From NCBI GenBank assembly GCA_964405835.1, contig CAYOPN010000001.1, positions 51,502 to 115,501 of the forward strand: a DNA stretch of 64,000 nucleotides. Reading direction: 5' to 3'. Of the stretch, positions 17,801-32,800 are shown one piece after another. The stretch comes from an uncultured Elusimicrobia bacterium (GTDB lineage: Bacteria; Elusimicrobiota; Elusimicrobia; F11). The notes under the pieces were generated by a model. The model had not been told where the DNA came from. It searched no databases and saw nothing but the letters and a program-made list of their open reading frames with translations. Numbering within the stretch: position 1 is the first letter of the stretch; each line of letters begins with the position of its first letter. The position numbers were made by a program, and so were the translations under genes.

Positions 17801-20800
17801 AATTACCCTCGGCGCCGCCGATAAAATCTTTCACACCATTGTCGGTGGCCAAGAACGTGTAATTTGGCGGCAACACCGCCACTTGCGCGGGATCGGTTGA
17901 CGTCTCGGCCTCAAACACGATCGTTCCCGTGTAACTGTTCGGTCCCGTTGAAACAATGTTTTGGAATTGATCGCGGACCTGAATGGTGCCGTTAAACGCA
18001 TCGCCGGCGGTCACGGTCGACGGCAAATTCGTGAATTGCAGATAATGCGCCGCAGCCGGCCAAACGCGCAAATTGCTCGCCTGGCCCGATTTAACGCCCC
18101 CGGTTCCAACCGGAGAATTCGTGCTCGTCGCGGCCGTGATGGTGAAGTTTGACGTGGCCGTCTTTGCCCGCATCGTAATCACGCGTTCGCCGTTCACCAA
18201 CGTGTTCGGATTGGCCGAAATATATTCTTCGAGCACATCGTTCGAGGTCAACCGCATTTCGGGCATCGTCCCCGAATTCACCAAGTTGTATTGCTCATCA
18301 GTGAGACGCACCGTGAGCGCGAACGACACGCCAGCCGTTTGATTGGTCGGCGATCCGGTTTTTCCTCCCGTGGTCAAACCAGGGACGTGCGTTTCGCCGG
18401 GCAACAGAACGATGAACCGGCTCGCCGTGGAGGCATCCACCGAGAACGGACCCGAAACCGACGACGCGAACGTAGTCCCCGGAACCACCTCGTTGGTGTC
18501 AACCGCCGTTAACGTATGGCCCGCGCCAGCCGTTCGCAGCGTGACGATAAGCTGATCGCTGCTGGTTCCGTCCGCGAACGTGGCCGTGCCCGGATGGGTA
18601 TCGTACAGATCAGACGTATCAATCCGAATATTCTCGGTCGCGTGTGTGGGCTGCGGGTTGTAATAATCATCGACCACTTGCACGGTAACCGCGAAAGTCG
18701 AACCGGCCACTTGCGTGGTGGGCGTTCCGGTTTTTCCGGGCGCCCCGGATCCGGGCAGAGGCGTTTCACCGGGCATCAGAACAAACAAACTGGTCGCGGT
18801 GCTGGGGGCAATGGTCAATACCGACGAAAGCGAACGCGTCCACGGCACACCATGGGCAACCGTGACATCGTCGCCGGCGATGGTGTGGGTACCCGCTTTG
18901 ACGAGCGTCATTTGGAACGAGGCAAACCCGCTGGCCGCAACAATGGGTTTCACCGGTGTCGGGATTTGCACATACGGATCGGAGTTGTTCTCAACCGAAA
19001 TCTGGATGTCCGCCGTGTTCGCGCCCGGTGCCGAAGGCGGAACCGCCACGAGGTTGTTAAACATGTCGGCCACGTACACACCAACGTCGATTTCAACGCC
19101 CGCTGTTATTGTGGAGGCGGTTCCGGTTTTTCCGTTCGACGCTCCAGATGAGAACGATTCGCCGGGCAGTACCGTGATGAGTTTTGCGGCGACACCGGGA
19201 ATAACCGGGATGGTGGATGACGTGAACAACGTGTAGCGAAGCGGGTTGGGCGCGTTGTTGTCATCCAAATCGGTGGCGGTCAAGCTCCATCCGCGGGTGC
19301 TGATGGTAATAAGCTTAAAGTTGAATGTTCCGGAACCGTTGGTAACCGAGAAATCGTATGGATCCAAACCGGTTCCGATCCAAGGACCGGTCGATTGATC
19401 GAACGGATCGCTGGAGGTCAGGCGAACCGTGCTTGAGGAACCGGTCAGGTTCCAGAAATTATCGGTGATACGAACCTGGACCGGAATGTTCGCGCCCGCT
19501 TGCGCGGAGGTGGGCGTGCCGGTCACGCCGCGGGCCAGCGCCCCATTTCCGGGCACCGCCGTCTCGCCCGGCAAGACGATTTGCAGGCGCCCCGCCGTCG
19601 ACGGCGCTACCGCAAAGCTGGCCGAATTCGCAACCCCGAGGCTCGGCCCCGCCGCGTCGGAATCGGTCGCGGTCACGAAGGTTGCCGCGCGCGCCGTTCT
19701 CGGGCTGACCGTCGTTATTGTGAGAGATCCTCCCGTGATCGCGAAGTTTCCGGGGTTCGTGTCATAGAGATCGTCGGTTGTGATCGCGATCGGGTTCTGG
19801 GCGGTGCTGACCAGGTTGTAGAAATTGTCCGTTATAAGAACCGTTGTCATAACGCTTTCACCGGCGGTTTGCGACGTTGGGGTTCCGGTGCGGCCGGCCG
19901 GCGCCGTCATCTTTCCGGGCGTATGCGTTTCACCGGGCATGAGGACCAACAGACGCGTGGGCACGGAGTGATTGACATAAACCCAGGTCGAAGTGTCGTT
20001 TTGATAAAGATTCGTGTAGGGATCGTCGGTCGCCGTCAGCGTCCAGCTCGAGTTCGTATTGAAATAAACGCCAATGGTGGCGTCGCCGCTAACGGGATTT
20101 AACGATTGCGGGTTTCCGCCGAAATACGCGCTTTCGTCATCGTACGGATCGGTCGAAGTAATCCCAACCGTCGGCATCGTGGTACCACGAATGACGTTGT
20201 AGAACGCGTCCGTCAAACGAACTTGTATATCGTACCGGGTGCCCGCGATGGCGTTATCGGGTGTTCCCGTTTTTCCAACCGCGCCATTCGTTGTTAAACC
20301 GGGTGAGGCCGTTTCTCCGGGCAACAGCAATTGCAGTTTCGCCGGAGCGCCGAATGTCACCGGAATGATCGGTGACGTGTTGGGCAACAAGTTCGTCGCT
20401 GAATCCGAGGTGCTCGAAACGGTGATCGTCCAACCCGGCGCTTCGTTCTCGGTCTGGAAATAAACCGAGAAAATGGTGGTTCCCGCGGTCAGGTTCAAGG
20501 CGCTGGGGATCGGCGCGTTGACGTCGTCAAACGCAAGTTGGGCTTTCGCGTTCGGCTGGACCAAGTTGTAATAATTGTCCACCGCACGAACCGTAACATT
20601 GAACGGCACGCCCGCCGGGAACGAGGTCTGACCGTTCCCTGTGTTGCCGTCGTAATCCGGCGAACCGGAACGTCCGCCGTTCCCGTTATAAGGCGGTTTT
20701 CCAGGAACCGCGGTCTCTCCCGGCACCAACACTTGGAATTGCGTGGCCGTGTTGGGATTCACTTGAATGCTGGCCCCGTTTGCCGTGGGGTTCGACAACG

Positions 20801-23800
20801 CCTGCCCGCTCGTCCGCTGCGCGGTGAAAATCGCCGACGCGGTGGCGGTGTACAACGTGTAATGGAAATTGGTCGTCCCGTTCGCCAACGCGACCGTTTG
20901 CGATGAAGAATACGCATCCGAATTTGTCAATTGAACCGACAAGCTTGCCGACGGGACAATGTTCCAGTTGCTATCCACGACGTTCACGATCACGCGGCTG
21001 GAAACACCGGCCACCCATGCATGGGCTGTTCCGGTTTTTCCGGTGGGCGTTCCCGGGGCCGCCGTTTCACCGGGCAACAACACCTGCAACTTGACCGCGC
21101 TGCCGGGATTGGTGGGCAACCACGTAGACGTGAACGCGCTGAACCCGGCGCCACCGTCATCCACCGTCAATGTCCACCCGACGCTATTGGACGTATTGAA
21201 CGTCCACGCCATCGTCGTCGCTCCCGAAATAAGCGTAACGGATCTCGGATCTGCCAAGTCGTTGGGATCGGTGGACACAAGCGTCATGTTGATCGGCTCA
21301 TCGGTCGTCTTGTTCCAATAAGCGTCCGTCGCGCGGATTCGCACGTTAAACGGGGTGCCCGCCACGAAGGGCTGCGCACCGTTTCCGTTGTTCCCATCCA
21401 CGTCAGGCACACCCGTCATGCCGCGCCCGCCGTTCAGATAATTTCCCGGCACGGCGGTTTCGCCCGGCACGAGCATTTGGAACCGGTCCGTGACGGCGGG
21501 GTTCATCGGAATGCTTCCCGAATAACCGCTCGTCAGCGCGGGCGCGGTGGCGATAATGATCGTTTCTTTTTGAGATCCCGCGGTTGTTTCGGCGGTCACA
21601 AGATAGATGTCAAACGTTGTGGTGCCTGAAATCAAATTCTTCGCGATCGGCCGCGTCGGCTGGCTGTACACGTCATCATCCGCGGCGTCGGCGTTCCCGA
21701 TCAGCGTCAAGGCGACCAACGCGTCGGTAGCGGTCACGATATTGAAATGCTGGTCCACAGCGCGGACGGTGACGGTGAAGGTTGAGCCGGCCGTCTGGGC
21801 GCTGGGAATATCGTCTGATTTTCCAACCGGATTCCCTTCCTCGCTTGTTTCCCCCGGCGCCAAAACAAGCAACCGCTGCAATGCTCCCGCCGTGACGGGG
21901 ATCCACGTTGAACGTCCGATCGAATAATTATCGCCGGAATTGGTGGATGCGGTGATTTGCCATCCGGTCGAGGTGCTGCGCGTGACGAGGAACGTGTCGT
22001 AAAACACCGTTTGGCCGCTTGGGTTTCCGTCGGCACCGGTTTGTTTTTGACCGAGCAGCGCAAGGTCGTCATAAGGATCGTTGGCCGAAATCACCACGAA
22101 CGTATTTTCCGAGGTGGCACGGTTGAAATACGCGTCGACGAGATTCACGGTCACGTTGAACGTGCTGCCGGCGACAAAAGACTGAATGCCGCCGGTGATC
22201 AAATCGCCGTCTGGCAATCCGGTCTTGCCGCCGTTTTCGCCGGAATCGTACGGCGGCTTTCCAGGCTCCGCGGTCTCGCCGGGCATCAACACCTGCAGCA
22301 TCGCGGCCGGACCGGACACCACGGAAACCGTGGCGGAAACAAAATCATAAATAGATGGCGACAAATGGCTTGGCGGCGTGGATGTGCGAACTGACCAAGG
22401 GCCGGGCGCGGTGTGGAAACGCACGGTAAACGTGGTTGTTCCGTTCAACAATGTCCGGGTTGAGGGATGGTTGTCGTAGATATCGGTGGTCTCGATTTGA
22501 ACCTGCGGCGTCAAATCGGTTTTCACGTTATAAAACCGGTCCGTTAAATTAACGGTAACTATGTACGGCTGCCCGGCCGTCGCCGTCGTCGGCGTGCCGC
22601 TCAAACCACGCGCGTTATTGGCGGTAAGACCGGCAACCGGCGTCTCGCCCGGCAACACCAATTGCAAACGGTCCGTGGTGGTCGCGATAACAACCACCGC
22701 GGGCGACGTGTCCGGGAACGCCGAATACGCGGAGGCGGCAATGGTGGTGGCCAGCACGTTCCAACCGGGGTTGTTATTCGCGCGCTGGAACGTCATCGTG
22801 AAACTCGCCGATCCGTTGATCGCCAACGTTTGCTGGGCTGGCGACACCGTGGCGTAGGACGTTGCAAGGGTTGTTTGCAAACGCACGGTGGGCTGTGTGG
22901 CCTGTGGAACACGGTTGTAATAATTGTCCGTTAAGTTAACAGTAACCGCATAATTGTCGCCGGCCGCAACCGCGCTTGGCGTTCCGGTTTTCCCATTGGA
23001 AGAGCCGGGGTTGGCCGCTTCCCCGGGCAGCAACACTTGCAAGCGCGTCCCCGTGTTCGGATTCACCGGAATCGCGCTCGACGTGCTGGTTGCCAGCCCC
23101 AATCCATTCACGTAAAGAACCTGAGGAGAGAACGTGGCGGTTGACGTTAACAGCGTAATTGGAACCGGCGATGCGTTTTCGCCGGAGGAAAGACCAAAGG
23201 TTTGCGAAACCGGCAACCCATACGGATCGGCCATCGTCACCGTCACCGAACCGTTTGTTGAAACGTTGTTGAAATACGCATCCACCGCGCGAACGCTGCC
23301 GGTAGAAAGATTGAACGTCACGCCGGCAATCTGCGTGTTCGGCGCGCCGATTTTTCCAGTGGCCGTGCCGGGTGCGCGCGTCTCGCCGGGAACCAAGATC
23401 ACCAGCTGGGTCATCGCGCCCGCCGTGATGGGGATAACCGACGACGTGCTGTTGTTAAATCCATAACCATTGGCGACACCGCTCGAAACGATAAGCCATC
23501 CCGGCGCCGTGTTTTGCGTCCGCAATTGAACCGTGCCGGTATAGAGCCCGCTCGCCGTCGGCGCGCCGGACACCAAAGGAACTGCAACGTTGGGATCGGT
23601 GGCAATCAATCGAATCTCAGGAGCGCCCACCGATGGGGACTCAATCAAGTTCCAATAATTATCCACCACGCGCACGGTGACCGGAATGTTCTGGCCGGCG
23701 GCGAAGGTGCCCACGGAGCCTGTTTTTCCGCCGGTCGGCCACAAAGCGCTACCCGGCAGCGGTGTTTCGCCTCCCACCAATATCTGCAAATTGCGCACCG

Positions 23801-26800
23801 TATCGTCGTCATCGACACCGGCCGCCACCGACTGGCTAGCGAATCCGGTCGCGCTCGCCGTCGATGTCGTTACCGTCTTATCGCCGGTTTCACCGGCATC
23901 ATCGGTGCGTTCAGTAACGAACACATGCGAATACACCGACGTGCCATGAACCAACGTCGCGCTCCGCGGATCGTTCGCGTCATAAGCGTCATCGGTCGTG
24001 AACGTGATGGTCGAACCGATGTCCAAGATGTTGCCCCAGGTGTCCGTTCCGTCGAGGGTGATAGTGAGCGGCGTTCCCGCAATGAAATCTCCATCCGGGG
24101 CCGGACCCGAGATCGTTCCGGATTTTCCGGCCACCGTTCCGGGCGCGCGCGCTTGACCCGGGAACAGCATGCGAATCTTGCGAGGACCGACAGTGTCCGG
24201 ATAGAGCGTTAACTCCGGCGTGTCATAGTTTGGATTGGTCAAACCGGTTATGGTGACGCTAAAGGTGTGGGTCGAACCGTTATAGTCAACCGCTTTAAAG
24301 AGCGTTGATGAATAGGTCGTCGCACCGCTCACCAGATGGAGAACGCCAACCCCCGACGGATTGATATCGGCCGGCGCGCTCAGCGTCACCGTTGCCACCG
24401 AGACCGCCTGGTTCCAATACGCGTCGGTGGCGTAAACGGTCACATTGAACGGCGTTCCCGCCACTTGCGTGTCGGGCGTTCCGTCTTTTCCGCCGGTGCC
24501 GGCCCCGATCGTATAAGGTGGCTGGCCGGATTTGTAGGTTTCGCCGGGCAGGACCACCAACGCCCGGTTCGCGGCGCCGGCCGTGATCGGAATATTCGCA
24601 ACGGTCGAGGTGGAATACAGGCCCTCAATGTGATAGGCGCTCATCGTTTGATTGCCGGCCTGCAGCATTCGCACCGCAAAGGATGTCGTGCCGTTCACGA
24701 GCGTGCGGGTAGTCCCTTCGGTGTCGTAGGGATCCGACGTCGAGAAATACGAGTTGCCCGACGCGTTAGCGGCCGTGTTGTACCAATTGTCCACCGCCGT
24801 CAACGTCGCCACCCACACCGCGCCGGCAACGGCCCCGGACAACGACCCGGATTTTCCGCTGTTTGCAATGTCCCCCGGCACGTGCGTTTGGCCGGGCAAA
24901 ATCAGGTGCAACCGCGTCGGATTATTGGACCTTACCACCGCGTTGGCTGACGTGGCCGGGCTCAAAAAGATCCCAAAGCTGGTCGACACGTTCACGTTCC
25001 AGCCCGATGGATTGGCCGTGAAAAACGTTTGCATGAACACGGTGGCGCCGGCCAACAAATCCTGTTCTTGTGACGTGGGCTGATCATAAGGGTCGGTCGT
25101 CGTCATTGTTACCTTCGGCGTCGCGCCGGTCACCAAGTTGAAATAGTCGTCGGTCGCGCGCACCGTTACGGAGTACGCGACGCCGGCCACGAAATCATCG
25201 ATGTTCCCAGGAAACGCGTCGCCGTTGACGCTGTTGTTTGCGTCCGCGTCAGGCGATCCGGTTTTGCCGGTCGGCGAACCGGGCACCGCGGTTTCGCCCG
25301 GCAACAACACTTGCAAACGCGACGCGTTGTTCGCGTTCACCACAAAAGATGTGGAAGTCGCCGTGCTGTATTCGACACCCGAACCGTAGGTGGCTTCGTT
25401 GACCGTCAACACCGCCGTGCCGGTGGCGCGGCGGATCGACACGTTCACCGTCGCGCTGCCCGAATTAAGCGTGAACGACGCCGCCGGCGAATAAGTCGGG
25501 TACAGCGTCGAATTGGCGGAAACCGTGACGAGCGGGTTATCGGCGTCGGCAACCTTGTTATAGAAACGGTCGACCGCGATCACGGTGACCGGGAACACGT
25601 CGCCGGTCCGCGGCGCGGCATAGCCAAGGACCGTGGTGAAATTCGGCGTTCCGCTGCGGCCCGCCGGCGCCGATGTTTTACCGGGCTCGAATTGCTCGCC
25701 CGGCAAAACGATCAACAGATGGTGCGCGTTCGCCGAATTGGGGTCGGCCTCCACCGGCACCGGGCCCGCAACGGTTGAAACATAAACGGGGCCCGATCGC
25801 GTCGACGCGGCCACGAACCAACCGGTATCGTTTTGACGCTGGAACTGATGCACATAGGTTGTTTCGTAATTGCCGGCGCCTTGATTGATGGTCGCGCTGT
25901 TGTCGGGATCGGGTGTGTCATAAGGATCCGTCGTCGTCAATTGCAAGCCCACGTTTGAGGATGTGTTGCCCACCGCGTTCCAATAATCATCGGTCAACCG
26001 CACTTTGATGGAATAGTCCTCGCCCGCGGTTGCCGTCGTGATTGATCCGGTTTTTCCGCTGGAGGTTCCCGGCGCCGCGGTTTCACCGGGCAACAAAATT
26101 TGGATCCGCGCGGAGGCCGCAGCCTGAATATTGAGGTTCGGCGTTTGGCCCGAGGCCAATCCGCTGGCGGAAGCGGTCAACGTTTGGGTGACCGGGGAAG
26201 CATTGGCGTCTTGCGCGGTCCGGAAAATGGCCGTGAACCCGGTGGTTCCGCCGACCAGTGATCGGGTGAGAGGCGTTGCGTTGTTCGGCGTTCCGTTCAC
26301 ATCGGACGAAAGCAACGTCACCGTCGCATCGGTGGATATCAAGTTGTGATAATTGTCCACCGCATTGACGGTCAACGCATACCCGCTTCCGGCCACGAAA
26401 TCTTGAACGCCATCGTTGCTATCGTCATTTTCATCCGGAGTTCCTGTTTTGCCGGCCAATCCGCCGCTTCCCTGCCAGTTGGCCGGACGGCCCGGTGCGG
26501 CATCTTCGCCGGGCATCAACACCTGCAATTGCGTCAGCGTGTTGGGTATTACCGTGAAGAAAGAAGAGTTGTTCGCCGTGTAGGCGCCACTCAACGGTTC
26601 CTCGGCGCGGAGCCGGTGGCTCAACGCCGATCCCGCGGTGCGCAAGGTCACGGTGCTCGTGAACACCGCGCGGTAGACACCGCCGCTCAAGGTCATCTGG
26701 CGGCTGGACGGCAGAATCGCGTAGGTATCCACCGACTCCGGCGCCGTCAATACAACCCACGGCAAAGGACCCGATGTAATGGGGTTCCAATAATCATCCA

Positions 26801-29800
26801 CCAGTCGCACTTCCACACCCGGCGCTCCAATGGCCACGCCGGCAACCTGATCGGCGGGGGTTCCACTTTTTCCGCCCGTCGGATGCACATTCGATCCCGG
26901 CAGCGGCGTTTCTCCCGGCAAGATGACTTGATAATGCTCGGCGGCCGCCGGACTGATCGTAATGCCTGTGATGGTCTGGCTTGATACCGCGGGCGTGGTG
27001 ACGTTGTAAGCCCAAACCGACATGGTGCCGGCCCGACGAGGCTGGAATGTCGAATAAATTCGTTGCCCCAATGTCAGGGGTCCCGTCGCGTGGAACAGCG
27101 CATAGGGGTCGTTGCTTTCGATATCCACGTCATTTCCGGCGTTCGTGTTGTACAACGGACCAAGGCCTTTGTTGTGGTTCCAATAATTGTCAACGGCTTG
27201 CACGGTCAACGCATAAGCGGACCCTGCGGTGCCGCCGACCGGCGCGCCGGAATTCGTTTTTCCGGACCCCGACGGATCGGAACCTTCCACGGCCGTTTGG
27301 TTGGAAGCCAACACACGCAATTTCACGATATCGCTCGGCCATGTCGCCACCCAGGTGGAGACGTCCGCCGTGTAGAGACCTCCTCCATCCGTGGTCACTT
27401 GCCACCCGATGTTATTGCGCGCCGGACCCGTATTGGCGGAGAAGGGATTGTTGGATGTTACGAACGTGATCGTCGTTTGACGAACACCGCTCACCAGCGA
27501 AATGACCTGGGGATCGAATGCGAAGGTCTCATCGTTCGGATCGTTGGTGGTCAGCGTAATGGTCGGCATCACCGCGCCCGCGGTAATCAAATTGTAGAAG
27601 CGATCAACCAAACGAACGGCTACCGTCGATCCAATGCCCGCGTATTGCGGATTGGGCGTTCCGGTTTTTCCACCATTCTGTTGAGCGTAGGGCGGCAACC
27701 CGGGCACCGCGGTTTCGCCGGAGAACAACAATTGAATGCGGATCTGCGCGTTGTCGGTGTCCGCCTGAACCGTGAAAGACTCCGAGGTATAGCTGTTGTT
27801 GGTAACGGCGCCGGTCGCCTGAACCACTTGTGATCCGGCGGTCACCGGTGTCAGCGTGAAACCGGTGGTTCCGGAAACCAGGGCTCGGGACGACGGCGTT
27901 ACGTCATACGAATCGTTCGGCAGGTTCGCGTACACCACCGCACTCGCCGCCGGATCCAAGTTGTAATACTGGTCAACGCCATAAACGGTCACCGCCAAGC
28001 TTTGTCCCGCATAAACCTGGGAGATCGAACCCGTCTTTCCAAATGGCGCCACATTGTATTTTCCCTGTGTGCGAGATTGGCCGGGCATAACAGCAACCAA
28101 CCGATCGGCGGGCCGTGGATTAATAACAATTGTGTTCGACGTTCCTGATTCGCCGGCCCCGGTGGCCGACACCGTTTGATTGCCGGCCGTTGTCATGGTG
28201 ACGTTCACGGTGGCCGTGCCTGCGGATATCGCCGTCGATCCCGGATCGGTGTCGTACGCATCGGAGGTGGTCACGGTAACGGTAGGAGCCGATGACGGCA
28301 CCACGTTCCAATATTTGTCCACCACTTTAATTTGAGCGACCACCGTGTTGCCGGCCGAGGTCGGCGTCGGATTGTTTTGCCGGCCATCTCCGTCGGGCGT
28401 CGGGCTCTCGCCCGGTACGTAGGTTTGACCCGCCAAAACCACCATCAGCCGTTCGGCGGCCGCCGGATTCACCGTCACATTATTTTGCAAACCAAAAATG
28501 GAAGGATCTATGGAGTCCTCCGACCGAACTTGGCGGGAACCGGCCAATCGGAAACGCACGGCGGAGCTGAATGTGTGAATGCCGGCATCCCCGCTCGTGA
28601 ACGTGTAATTTTTCGGCAAGCCGTAAAGATCGTCCACCGTATCGTCCGAGTCGGGCGTTTCAGTGCCGCCGGGAGCGGAGAAAATCACGGTGCCCTGGTA
28701 ACCGGTCGCGCGGAAGCCGTCTTCATCAATCGCCTCAACGGTGATGTCGTGATCGAATCCGGCGTTTTGGCCGTCGCTGAGGCCGGTCACCACAAAGCTC
28801 GCGGCCGGCGCGGCGATTTGGAATTTGGGCCCAGGCGTCATGGAGTTCTGCACATTCCCGGCGTTATCCAGCGCGCGCACCCACACGACGTAAAACTTTC
28901 CTTTGGTCCAATTATTGACCAGTCCAAGATACGTCCAGTTCCCAAACCCGTCCATCGAATCGGCATTCACCCAGGTTTGTCCGCCGCCCGTGGCAACCCA
29001 GGTGGATCCGTTCCAGAAATAATCTTCCGCGCCCCACGAACCGAACGAAACAGGGCCGGAACCGGCCACCGGCGTCTCATCGCGCAACACCAAAATCTGA
29101 GCCTTGCCTTGATGCCAACCCAATGTGGATTTCACGCCGGAACCGGTGCCGTTGATTCCCGAAGTGAAACCGGGATCGCTGGCGGTGCCGAAAATGGTTT
29201 CGGTGGGCTGGCCGGTATAGTCGTTGGGCGGGTTAACGACGCCCGATAAAGGATTCTGTCCATCCAGCAAGAAGCGGTTTCCGGATCCCGGGGTTTCCAT
29301 GTTGCCGATGGTGTCCGACGCCGAGGATTTCACGACGTAATGATGCCCATGAACAAAACTCAAACCTCCGGATGTGTAGGTCCAGCTGGAGGTGAACAAC
29401 TGCGTGACATCCAGAAATATTTCGGCCGTCGCGCTGAAGGTGGAACCGTTGTAGTACTTGGCACCGCCCGACGCATCTTCATCCACGATGGAAATTTGCA
29501 CATTGTTTAAGGGAGATGTCGCGTCGACAGCCGTTCCCGAGAGAACCGTCAGACCGGCGGCCGTATAAGCGCGATCGTTGAGCGGGTTGCTGGGAGCTGA
29601 CGCGGGCGGCGTGTTGTCAAACACGAATGTTTTCGTGGACGTCTCGAGCGCGGTGTTGCCCGCGGTATCGATGGCGCGCGTCACCATGTAATACGTCGTG
29701 CCGGAGGTCCACATGATCGGCGGCGTGGTGAAGTTGGTGTCGCTGTAATCCCAATAGAACAGGCTTCCCCCTTGGCTCACGCTGTTCGAAACCAGGTTCC

Positions 29801-32800
29801 AAACGACAGGGGTTTCCCACGCGTCCGAGCCGCCGTTCCAATGCTCGGTGGTTCCGGCGGTGACCCTGTAAATTTTTAACCGGGTTTCGGCAATGTTTCG
29901 CGGCGCAAGACCGTCCTGGACCGTTCCATGAATGCTGGCCATCGTGCGGTGCGTCGAACCGGAGACGGGGTAAGTCGTGATGCTGACCGGAGCGATGTCA
30001 TCGTAAGTGAATGTCACCGTCGAATAACTGGAAGAATAGTTGCCCGCTTCGTCCAGGCCGCGCGCGTTAAGAACATAGGTCTGCGCCGCCCAGGTGGGCA
30101 AGGTGCTATACGTCCAGTTAACTGTCGCCGAAGTGGCCGCCGATCCGGTGGCGACCACCCACGTGTCAGCGGACGCCACGAACGCGGAACCGTTCCAATA
30201 TTCATTGCTCCCGTTGCGCAAGCGGAGCTCCACGCGTTTGGTATTGAAGTTGTCCTGGGCGGTTCCCGAAAGTACCGTGATGCTCGGATAAAGTTGGTTA
30301 TTTACCGGATATTCCACGGCCACGCCCGGCACGGTGATATCGTAACGGAACACGATGCCGGCCGAGATCGTCTGCTGGACATTGCCCGGGATATCGGTGG
30401 CGCGCGAACGAACGCGGTATTGCCCATCCGCGGTCAGACGGTTATCCGGCGGCAAACCGGAATCCAAATGGAACCCGCGCGGGTGGCTTCCCAGCGGCCC
30501 ATCAACGGTGGCCGTTGGAGAAATATAGAGCGGACCGGAGCCGCTCCAACTGTTGCTGCCGGAATTCCACCAGTTGCTGTCGGAAAGACGCTGAATTGAT
30601 ACCTCCACCGTTTGGATATCGTTGAGGTCGTCGGCGGTTCCGGAAACGGTGGTGAATTGCCCGAACCGGACGAACGCGCCGTTCGCCGGAACCATGACTT
30701 CGGATTGCGGTTCGGTTTTGTCCCACGTGAACCCGCTGACCGCCGCCGGCTGTTGGTTTCCGGCAACGTCGATGGCGTAAACATTCACCGTGTAATCGCG
30801 CCCGGTGGTGAGCTTGTTGGAGTCGAACGGCCATGTCCACGTCGTCCACACGCCCGCCGATTGGGGCGTGGTCAAATAAAATACTTTGGCCCCGTCCACC
30901 AGTGAGAACGTGCTCCCCGTTTGATCCCACCACAACATCGTGGTGTCGTCGCGAACCGTGATATAGACGGCGGAGGAGACAAATTCTTCGGTCGTGCTCC
31001 CGGCGAAATTCGTTAAGGCGGAAATAATGGCGCCATTGGCCGGGGACGTGACCGTGGCGGTGGGATATTGAACGTCGTAGACGAACACCGCGCTTGAGAT
31101 CGTCACTTCGGTGTTCGGCGTCGGCACCACATTGTCCGACGCTCGAACGCGAATCAAATACGCCTGGCCGTGTTTGTAGGTTGGCGATGTCAACGTCCAC
31201 GTCGAGTTGGTGGCGGCGAGCGCGCTGGCGCTATAGAACGTTTCGCTCCCAGCGGTAAACGTGGAAGCACCCGCCCACCAAGCGCCCGCCGGGACGAATT
31301 CCCGGATGCTGAGGCCGACCTGCCCGGCCGAGGTGATTTGAGAAATGGCATCCGTGCTCGTTCCGGAAATTGTCGGCAACGAATTGAAGTAGCTCGTCGT
31401 GCCCATAACGGGCCGCGTGATACGGGAAACGGGCAGGCCTTTATCAACAACGATGGTGTTGGAATCGGTGCCGATCGTGAAGTTCGAATTTGTTCCGTTC
31501 GAGGTCGGCCCCTGGTTCGCCGGCACGGCCAAGTCCTTCGCGCGCACCTGCACAAGGTACGTCGTCCCGCTAATAAGCGCGCCCGTGAGGCTCCCGTTCG
31601 TATAGCTCCACGAGGTGGGCGTGCCGCCGTTCGCGTTGGCCCACGCCGCGTTCGAATCCGCCTGATTGAAAGACGATCCGCCCCACCAGCTTCCCCCCAC
31701 TTCCAAAATACGGACTTGCACGCCGCCGGACGCCAACACTTCAAGCCCCGCGGTCGCATCGAACGCGTTGCCCGAAATCGTGTTGAGCTCGGAACGGAAC
31801 GTGGAAGAAAGCGGCGCCGACAACGATGCGGTCGGTTTTGTCACGTCGAAGAATGTTTGGATCTGCGCCGGGAGCGCGGACTCGGTGTTGCCGGCCCCAT
31901 CGACCGCCATGCTGCGGAACAAATATTTTAATCCCGAGGTGTAGGGGACGCTCGCGTTGTAAGCCCATTCCGTCGTGCCCGTGGTCAAGTTGAAATACTC
32001 GGTAGCGGCCGCGAAGCTCGCCCCATTGAAATAGTCGGTGGTGCCGCCCGTCACCTGCCCCACCGAAACGTACACGTACGAAACGCCCACTTTGTTGTCG
32101 GACGCGGTTCCGGAGATTTGCGGGATCGTCGAACGCACCTGCGTTCCATCGGGGAACGTCACGCGGCTTTCCGGGGCGCTACTGTCAAACGTGAAAGTCA
32201 GGGTGCTGATGTTCGGGGTGAAGACGTCTTGCACATTCGTGGCCTTGTCGGTCGCCCGAGCGCGAATCGAATAGGCGTGCCCATCAACGAACGGAATGCC
32301 GGTCGCAAACCACGTGGTGAAGCTGTTTGTTGTGGTCACGGTGAAATACGTTTCCGATCCCTGGTCGAAAGCTCCATTGATACCGCCCGCGTACCAGGCG
32401 CCGGTGTCGACCCAAATCGCCAATTCAACCGCTTGAACGCCGGACAACCCCGTGTTATCGGAAACGGTTCCTGAAATAAACGGCAACGACGACAATTGCG
32501 CGTTGACCGAGGGCCGTGTGATGCGGGCTGTCGGCGACGAAATATCGTACGTGAAATTCGTTGCGGTGCGCAGCGGTTCGACGTTGCCGGCCCGGTCGAC
32601 GGCGCGCATGCGCACTTGATACGCCAAACCGTCTTGGAGCGTCGGGCGCGTGGACGTCCACACATTCGGATTGGAGAACGCCATTGCGTTAAAGAGTTCG
32701 CCCGCCGAATTAAAGGTCGAAGCGCCGACATTCCAATATAGCCCGCTAACGCTTTCGCGAATGGAATAGGAAACGCTCTGCACGCGACTGCCCGCGGCCT

